Shown: positions 57,931-64,000 of the stretch, one piece after another
Layout of the letters: each line of letters starts with the position of its first letter
Position numbering within the stretch: position 1 is the first letter of the stretch
Source: an uncultured Spirochaetota bacterium
GTDB taxonomy: Bacteria; Spirochaetota; Spirochaetia; SZUA-6; Fen-1364
DNA: 64,000 nt
Direction: 5' to 3'
NCBI GenBank assembly: GCA_963745235.1
Contig: CAVUXE010000084.1
Span: 27,507 to 91,506 of the forward strand
Made by a program: the position numbers and the translations under genes
Notes under the pieces: generated by a model
What the model was told of the DNA's origin: nothing
The model's input: the letters and a program-made list of their open reading frames with translations, nothing else
The model's database searches: none

Positions 57931-60408
57931 CTATCCCAGTGAATGGGATTCCCGGGATATGATCTCGTCCTGCAGCTCCCTGCCCACCGTCGTGAAGTAC
58001 GCGTTGTATCCGGTGACGCGCACCAGGAGGTGATGGTAGACCTCGGGATGCACTTGCGCATCCCTCAGCATGTCGGGGTCCAGCATGTTGAGCTGCAGGG
58101 CAGTGCCGCCGTTGCGGCAGTACGCCCGGAGGAACGCCGTGAGGTTCCTGCGGTGCTCGGGGTCTCTGGCGAACGTTGGATTGAAAGTGATGGTGTGGCT
58201 GCCTCCGTTGGGCAGCAGGTTCTCACGCGGAGCACCGTCTGCCATGCCCGCAATCACCTTTCCCACCGAGTTCGCGTTGGCGGTCGGGCCGTTCACGTCG
58301 GCGCCGTTGGACGGGCAGAGGGCGTTGGAGAGGAACCGTCCCTGGGGTCTTCCGTCGGGGCTCGCGGGAAGGATGAACCCGTCAGAGACCCAGTAGTTCC
58401 AGCTCAGCATCCCTGGCCGAAACCGCCGTCCCGTGCACCGCGTGCGGTGCTTCCAGGTTTCCGCCGTCCACAGCTCCATGACCTTTCGGCCCAGGGCATC
58501 AGCCTCATCGTCGTCCCGACCATATTTTGGCGCCTTGGTCCGCGCCTTGGCCTGCAGCTTCTCGTATCCTTCCCAGTTGTTCTTCAGGGCCTGGGTCAGC
58601 TCCAGAAGGCTGCATTCCTTTCTGTCGAAAACGAGATATTTCACGGCAAGGAGAGAATCAACCGTCGTCGCAAAGGTCACTGCCTCAATGGTCACGAAGC
58701 CGAGCTGGGCTCCGCCCTGCGTCACGTCCAGCCCTTTCTCCGCACACCCGCGCACGAGGCAGGAGAGGTACGGGGTGGGCAGGAAGAGGGCCCTCACAGA
58801 CTCGCTTTTCTCGTAGAGCTCCACGATGCGCCGGGTGATGTGCCGGGTCTGCTCCGCATACGCATCCCAGAATTGATTGAACGTCCGTATGCGGGACGGG
58901 TGCGGCGTTCGCGGGCCGGTGCATCGGAGCCTCTCCGTCTTTCCGGTCATGGGGTCCGTGAAAGGAAGGAGGTCGTATCCCCCAGTCAGCGCCAGCTCCA
59001 CGGCCTTGAGGAGGTTGAGGTTCGCGTCCACCGTCCCGGACCTGTCGTTGCCGGCCATGGTGTTCTCCAGGCAGCCAACCGAAGCATAATCGAAGACGTT
59101 GCCCTCGCTGATTAGGTGCGGGACGCGCTCCTTGTCCGCCTCCAGGAGCAGCCCTGCCATGGACCGCTCGTCGAAGTTCAGGAGGAAAGGGGCGCCCTGG
59201 CTCCCGGCGATCATGTCCACCAGCTTGTCGAGGAGCGCGTCGGGCGACCCGCGGTGCAGGCGCACATTCGGCTTGGGTTCCAGGATCGGGGACATCTCGT
59301 CCACCACTTCGAGGATTGCAAGGGTCAGGTCGTTGGTCATGTCCGTGCCCCCGGGACCAAGGCCGGAGAGCGATATGAGCTGGCCATAGCCGGCGGTGAT
59401 GCCCTGATTGCCTCCCATGCGGATCATCGCGTCGTACGCGGTATTGCAGTGCATCCAGAAGCACTTGAGGATCTCTTTCCCGAGCTCCCGGTCCATTCCT
59501 TCCTTCAGCGACCTCTCCCAATACGGAAGCAGGTATTGATCCATGCGGCCGAAGGAAAGTCCGGGCCCCGGGTAGTTCTCATCGCTCATGACCAGCATGT
59601 GCGTGAGCCAGAGGGACTGCACGGCTTCCCAGAAAGTCCGGGCGGGCTCCCAGGGCACCCGTTCCAATGCTTCGGCCATCGCCTGCAGCTCGGCTCGACG
59701 CGCCGGGTCCGACTGCCCCTGTGCTGACTGCCGGCAGGCGGCAGAGTACTTTGCCGCCACATCGCGCGCCATTGTGGAGGCTGTCAACATGGCGCGAAGC
59801 TGGTTGCCGCGGAGACCCGCGCGTTCGGTGGAGGGAAGGTCGCGGAGCCTTGCCTGAATGTTTTCATGGATGCCGCGCCAGCCCGCTGAAAGGACACGGG
59901 GGTAATCGGGAACCAGGTGGCCGCTGGTGGCTCCCGCGTTGCCGTAGCCGTGGTTGTGGAACCAGAGGATTGCCTCTCTGGCTCCACCCGGCCCAGTCAC
60001 GAGCTTCTCGTAGCGCGCTGCCTCCCGCCTCGTGAGGCATGCGGAAGTCATCACGTTGAACCGCGCGCCGGCAATGAGGTCGCCGGGAAGGATTTCCTGC
60101 GGGACGCAGCCCGTCATTACCTCCCTGATGAAGACCGCCCTTCGCTCAGGCAGGCTGAGGCGCCAGAATCCGTACGGCAGCGCGACCGGCCGCGCCGCCT
60201 GCCCGAAGGAAGCGCGGAACGTGGAGAAGAACTGGTAGGTCTCCGGCACGACATAGAACGTGAGCTCGTTGAACTGAAAGTCCCAGGGCGTGCCGGTGGT
60301 CCACGCGGAGAACTCGTTGTTCCACGGCCTGTCGACCCCCCTGAAATAGTAGTCGCGAAGCCGCTTGATCCGCGGGGACAGGTCTCCGGGCGTTTTGAGG
60401 GCGTGCAT
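57931..60408 (-). CDS. Glycyl radical enzyme of unknown specificity
   Basis: Cys loop SVGCLEN, glycyl loop LVRVTGYNAYF, and SD AAGGAGG. Confidence 0.93.
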   Translation of the reverse strand: MHALKTPGDLSPRIKRLRDYYFRGVDRPWNNEFSAWTTGTPWDFQFNELTFYVVPETYQFFSTFRASFGQAARPVALPYGFWRLSLPERRAVFIREVMTGCVPQEILPGDLIAGARFNVMTSACLTRREAARYEKLVTGPGGAREAILWFHNHGYGNAGATSGHLVPDYPRVLSAGWRGIHENIQARLRDLPSTERAGLRGNQLRAMLTASTMARDVAAKYSAACRQSAQGQSDPARRAELQAMAEALERVPWEPARTFWEAVQSLWLTHMLVMSDENYPGPGLSFGRMDQYLLPYWERSLKEGMDRELGKEILKCFWMHCNTAYDAMIRMGGNQGITAGYGQLISLSGLGPGGTDMTNDLTLAILEVVDEMSPILEPKPNVRLHRGSPDALLDKLVDMIAGSQGAPFLLNFDERSMAGLLLEADKERVPHLISEGNVFDYASVGCLENTMAGNDRSGTVDANLNLLKAVELALTGGYDLLPFTDPMTGKTERLRCTGPRTPHPSRIRTFNQFWDAYAEQTRHITRRIVELYEKSESVRALFLPTPYLSCLVRGCAEKGLDVTQGGAQLGFVTIEAVTFATTVDSLLAVKYLVFDRKECSLLELTQALKNNWEGYEKLQAKARTKAPKYGRDDDEADALGRKVMELWTAETWKHRTRCTGRRFRPGMLSWNYWVSDGFILPASPDGRPQGRFLSNALCPSNGADVNGPTANANSVGKVIAGMADGAPRENLLPNGGSHTITFNPTFARDPEHRRNLTAFLRAYCRNGGTALQLNMLDPDMLRDAQVHPEVYHHLLVRVTGYNAYFTTVGRELQDEIISRESHSLG

Positions 60409-60480
60409 GGGACCCTCCTTTTTGGGTCGATTATAGCCCACAACGGGTATATTAGGGCATGCACACGCGGGGAGGTCGGC

Positions 60481-60924
60481 ATGCCTGATATCATGCATCG
60501 AATCGGCGTCGAAGCGCCGCCGGCCCGTGTGTATCGGGCGCTGGCCACCAGATCCGGTCTCATCAACTGGTGGACGTGGCACGTCACCGGTGAGCCTGCT
60601 TCCGGGGCGGTGGTCCGTTTCCGGTTCGGCAGCGACAGCGGCGTGGAGATGAAGGTCCTGGAGCTTTCCCAGGACCGGCGGGTGAGGTGGCGCTGCGTCG
60701 CGGGCCCCGACGAATGGATGGGCACCGAGATCTCATTCGAACTTTCACCGGCTGATCGTGAGACGATTGTGCGTTTTGCGCATACGGGGTGGCGCGAGGC
60801 GGGAGAGCTCATGGCCCACTGCAACTGCAAGTGGGGATATTTCCTCCTGAGCCTCAAGACCTGGGTGGAGGACGGCAAGGGGACCCCCTACCCGGAGGAC
60901 AGGAAGATAAGCTCATGGGGGTGA
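60481..60924 (+). CDS. SRPBCC/Aha1-domain protein
   Basis: APPARVYRAL...WW, EWMGTEISF and W..FL.SLK..E.G.G.P. Confidence 0.9.
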   Translation: MPDIMHRIGVEAPPARVYRALATRSGLINWWTWHVTGEPASGAVVRFRFGSDSGVEMKVLELSQDRRVRWRCVAGPDEWMGTEISFELSPADRETIVRFAHTGWREAGELMAHCNCKWGYFLLSLKTWVEDGKGTPYPEDRKISSWG

Positions 60925-61659
60925 GAGCGCATTGGCTCCAGCACGTTCCCTTCGAAGGGCTGGGCTACATCGAGGGCTGGCTCGCGCGAAAGCGCGCGAA
61001 GGTCAGCGCGACCCGGTTCTTCGAGAGCTCGGCGCTTCCCGGCCAGAAAGACTTCGACCTCCTCATCATCATGGGCGGACCCATGAGCGTGAACGAAGAA
61101 GACGCTTATCCCTGGCTGCGGGAAGAAAAGGATTTCGTCAGGGCAGCTGTCGATGGAGGGAAAATGGTCCTCGGTGTCTGCCTGGGAGCACAATTGATTG
61201 CCAGCTCGTTGGGGGCCGCGCGTGCGCCGCAACAGCCTGGCGGAGATCGGCTGGTTTCCGGTTGTGAAGGCAGGCGGGAAGGCTGCGGACGCAACGGCCG
61301 CGAACGCAAACGCCGCGAGCCCGATTGCCGCGGGCCCGATTGCCGCGATTCTCCCGGACCGCCTGGATGCGTTTCACTGGCATGGGGAGATGTTTGAGCT
61401 GCCCCCGGGGGCGCTGCATATCGCACGAAGCGAAGCGTGCGAGAACCAGGCTTTCACCCTCGGAGATCGCGTGGCGGCGTTCCAGTTTCACCTGGAGACG
61501 ACGCCCGCCGCGGCGCGCGCCCTCCTGGAAAACTGCCGCGGGGACCTTCTCCCCGGCCGGTTCGTGCAATCGGAGAGCGAGATCCTCGGGAGACCCGATC
61601 AATTTCGGCGCATCAACGGAGCCATGGAGGCCGTCCTGGACCTCCTGACCGGCTCGTGA
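60921..61659 (+). CDS. Type 1 glutamine amidotransferase (indel near 61215)
   Basis: QHVPFEG, MGGPMS and GVCLGAQ, with FQFHLE in a shifted frame. Confidence 0.9.
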
Positions 61660-61696
61660 TGGTTATCCCGACCTTCAAACGCTATACTCGGGAGCA

Positions 61697-63347
61697 ATGT
61701 TCAGGTCCCGATACCGGCGCATCCTGAGGTTTTTTTTCCGCATCATGCTTCGCGTTGTGTGGTGGGACGTGCTCCTTCCCCGCATCGGCTTCCGCGGGCT
61801 TTCCGACCGCACCCGCTCGGCGCGAATGCGCTCCATTGCGGTCTCCTTCCGGGCGCTTGCCGTGCGCCAGGGAGGCGTGCTCATCAAGGTGGGCCAGTTC
61901 CTCTCCGCGCGGCTGGACGTGCTGCCCCGCGAGGTCACCGCGGAGCTTGCCGACCTCCAGGACGAGGTGGGCGCGGAGCGCTTCGAGGACATCAGGCGCG
62001 TGATCGAGGCGGAGTTCGGGAGCCCCTGGAGCGCAGGTTCGTGGAGTTCGACCCGGTGCCCGTTGCATCCGCGTCCATCGGCCAGGTGCACATGGCCCGG
62101 ATCTGCAGCGCCGCCCCGGAGAGCGCGCCCTGCCCGCCGGTGGTGGTCAAGGTCCAGAGGCCCCACATCCAGCAGATCGTGGAGGCGGACCTGGCCGCCA
62201 TCAGGGTGGCGGGGGGCTGGCTGCAGCGCATGGAGTCCATCCGCCGGCACGTGCATCTTCCCGCTCTGATCGACGAGTTCAGCCGCACGCTTTTCGAGGA
62301 GATCGACTACGTGCAGGAGGGAAAGAACGCGGAGAGGTTCGCGGCGAACTTCCGCGGGTCGCGATGAGGTGCGCGTCCCGGACGTGGTCTGGAGCCACAC
62401 GACCCGGCGGGTCCTTACTCTCCAGGACGTCGGGGCCATCAAGATCACTGACTACGCGGCAATCGAGGCGGCCGGGATCAACAGGGGCAAGGTGGCGAAA
62501 CGCCTTCTGGACATCTATCTGAAGCAGGTCTTCGAGGACGGCTTCTTCCACGCGGATCCGCACCCGGGCAACCTGTTCGTCCTTCCCGAGCCGCGCGCGC
62601 CGGGGGGATGGAGGCTCGTGTTCGTCGATTTCGGGATGACGGGCACGCTCCCCCCGGACACCTTCGAAGGGCTTCGCGACGCGCTCGTGTCCGTCGGGAC
62701 CCGGGATGCTGCGCGCCTGGTGGGCTCGTTCCAGCAAGCTGCGCATCCTTCTTCCAGGAGCGGACCTGGAGCTGGTGGAGCGCGCATGCGAGAGGGTCTT
62801 CGATACCATCTGGGGGAAATCCACCCGGGACATGATGCAGATGAGCAGGGCCGAGGCGGCGGCCTTCGCTGAGGAGTTCGGAGACCTGCTCTACGAGATG
62901 CCGTTCCAGGTGCCGGAGAACCTCATCATGCTGGGCAGGTGCGTGAGCATCCTTTCCGGGATGGCTTCCGGACTGGACCCGGACTTCAACGTGTGGAACG
63001 GGCTTGCGCCGTACACGCGCAGGCTGATTCAGGCGGACGGCCGGGGAAGGGTGGAGAGCATCCTCCGGGAGCTAGCGGGAGTGGCACGGGTCCTGGCGGG
63101 GCTGCCGCGGAGGGCGGATTCCTTCATTTCCCGCGCGGAGCAGGGCAAGCTGGAAGTCCGCATGCCTGAGCTCAAGCACCACGTGGCGCGGCTGGAGCGC
63201 GGCGTTCGCAAACTGGCCGGCTCCATCATTTTTGCGGCTGGCCTGGTAGCAGCCACCGGGCTGTACCTTGGCGGGAAAATGGAGCTGGCCCTCGCCGTCG
63301 GCGCCGTGGAGGTCCTCCTCCTGGGCTGGATCCTGCTGGGCAGGTAG
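61697..63347 (+). CDS. ABC1/UbiB/AarF-family atypical kinase (three indels)
   Basis: IKVGQFLS, ASASIGQVH, VVKVQRP, HADPHPGN and DFGM are spread across frames. C-terminal TM helices. Confidence 0.9.
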
Positions 63348-63356
63348 GCCAGCCTC

Positions 63357-63551
63357 CTATTTTCCTCCGGCCCGCTCGATGGCCGCATCCAGGAGGCTCC
63401 TTATTGCGAGAAGGACCTCCCTTCGAGCGGCGCGGCGGTGCTCGACGAAGCCCTTGGGAAGCAGGTCCTCGAATGTCTCGAGGACCGAGGCACGCGCCGC
63501 CCTCATGTGCCCGCGGGCTTCCTGGAGCTTTTCACTGGGTTTCTCTGCCAT
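63357..63551 (-). CDS. Small helical hypothetical protein
   Basis: SD AAGGAGG. 64 aa containing H.RAARREVLLAIRSLLD. Confidence 0.7.
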   Translation of the reverse strand: MAEKPSEKLQEARGHMRAARASVLETFEDLLPKGFVEHRRAARREVLLAIRSLLDAAIERAGGK

Positions 63552-63696
63552 GAGACACCTCCTTGCGGGAGTCGAATACAATGGTAGAGCGGCAGGCATG
63601 ACGGGTCAAGCGAAGCCCAGTTGCCGTATCCAAGGATCCCTATTTCAATCAATCACTTGACCTAATCAGGCAAAGGATTACTATTGGTCCGCATTC

Positions 63697-63954
63697 ATGG
63701 ATCACCTCACGAGGGCGGAGGGCCTGGTTTATTGCGATGGCGCCTTGCCGAGAAAGATGAGAAGCTTCTCATCGCCATGGTTTTTGACGCGTCGCACGGC
63801 GCCGTGAGCGGTGTGAAGTCGTTGGCGCAGTCCGCTGTCAAGGCGGGAGCAACAAAGGCGGAAATTGCGGAGGTGTCGAGGGTGGGCGTGCTATCTGGAG
63901 GGCGTCGGCAGCATCTACGCGGCCTCGCAGGCGCTCAAGGAGTTGTTTCCATAG
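63697..63954 (+). CDS. Carboxymuconolactone decarboxylase family protein (frameshifted, start uncertain)
   Basis: DGALPRK..LLIAM..DA.HG...AGATKAEIAE, spread across frames. Confidence 0.75.
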
Positions 63955-64000
63955 CGGCTCGGCCCCCGCTCGCCCGGCGATAACAGAATGTTATATCGTG

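Noticed and set aside
57931-60408. Annotation as pyruvate formate-lyase
   Set aside because: It lacks the adjacent Cys-Cys pair, and its activase has a ferredoxin insert unlike PflA.
31982-63347. Programmed frameshifting or pseudogenes in siaD, the permeases, the response regulator, the GATase and ubiB
   Set aside because: No slippery heptamer with downstream structure was noticed. The indels are mostly in homopolymer runs and motifs are intact, so sequencing error is more likely.

Overview
High-GC bacterial window, most likely a Spirochaetia member. The assignment rests on a flagellar-collar FlcA-like gene, a spirochaete-type TPR lytic transglycosylase and other hypotheticals typical of spirochaetes. 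It holds about 55 CDS and no recognisable rRNA, tRNA, CRISPR array or IS element. Core genes are flcA-like (partial, missed by the ORF track), class II ribonucleotide reductase nrdJ with a 157-aa mini-intein, mnmE-mnmG-rsmG, ftsK and ribA. Accessory content includes an A2-type heme-copper oxidase operon and a cydAB operon, each headed by a DUF2231-like membrane domain fused to a heme domain. There is also a complete siaABCD c-di-GMP module, an ABC/LolA-like/beta-barrel envelope operon and a fused MNT-HEPN gene. Further on are a two-component locus with matching 18-bp palindromes upstream of two small winged-helix genes that flank a NadD-like gene, an ECF sigma factor fused to a TM helix and RskA-like domain, and an unassigned glycyl radical enzyme cluster. 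Several genes carry single-base indels, mostly in G/C runs, which look like long-read errors. Many genes appear leaderless. All family calls come from motif recognition by eye, not from database searches.
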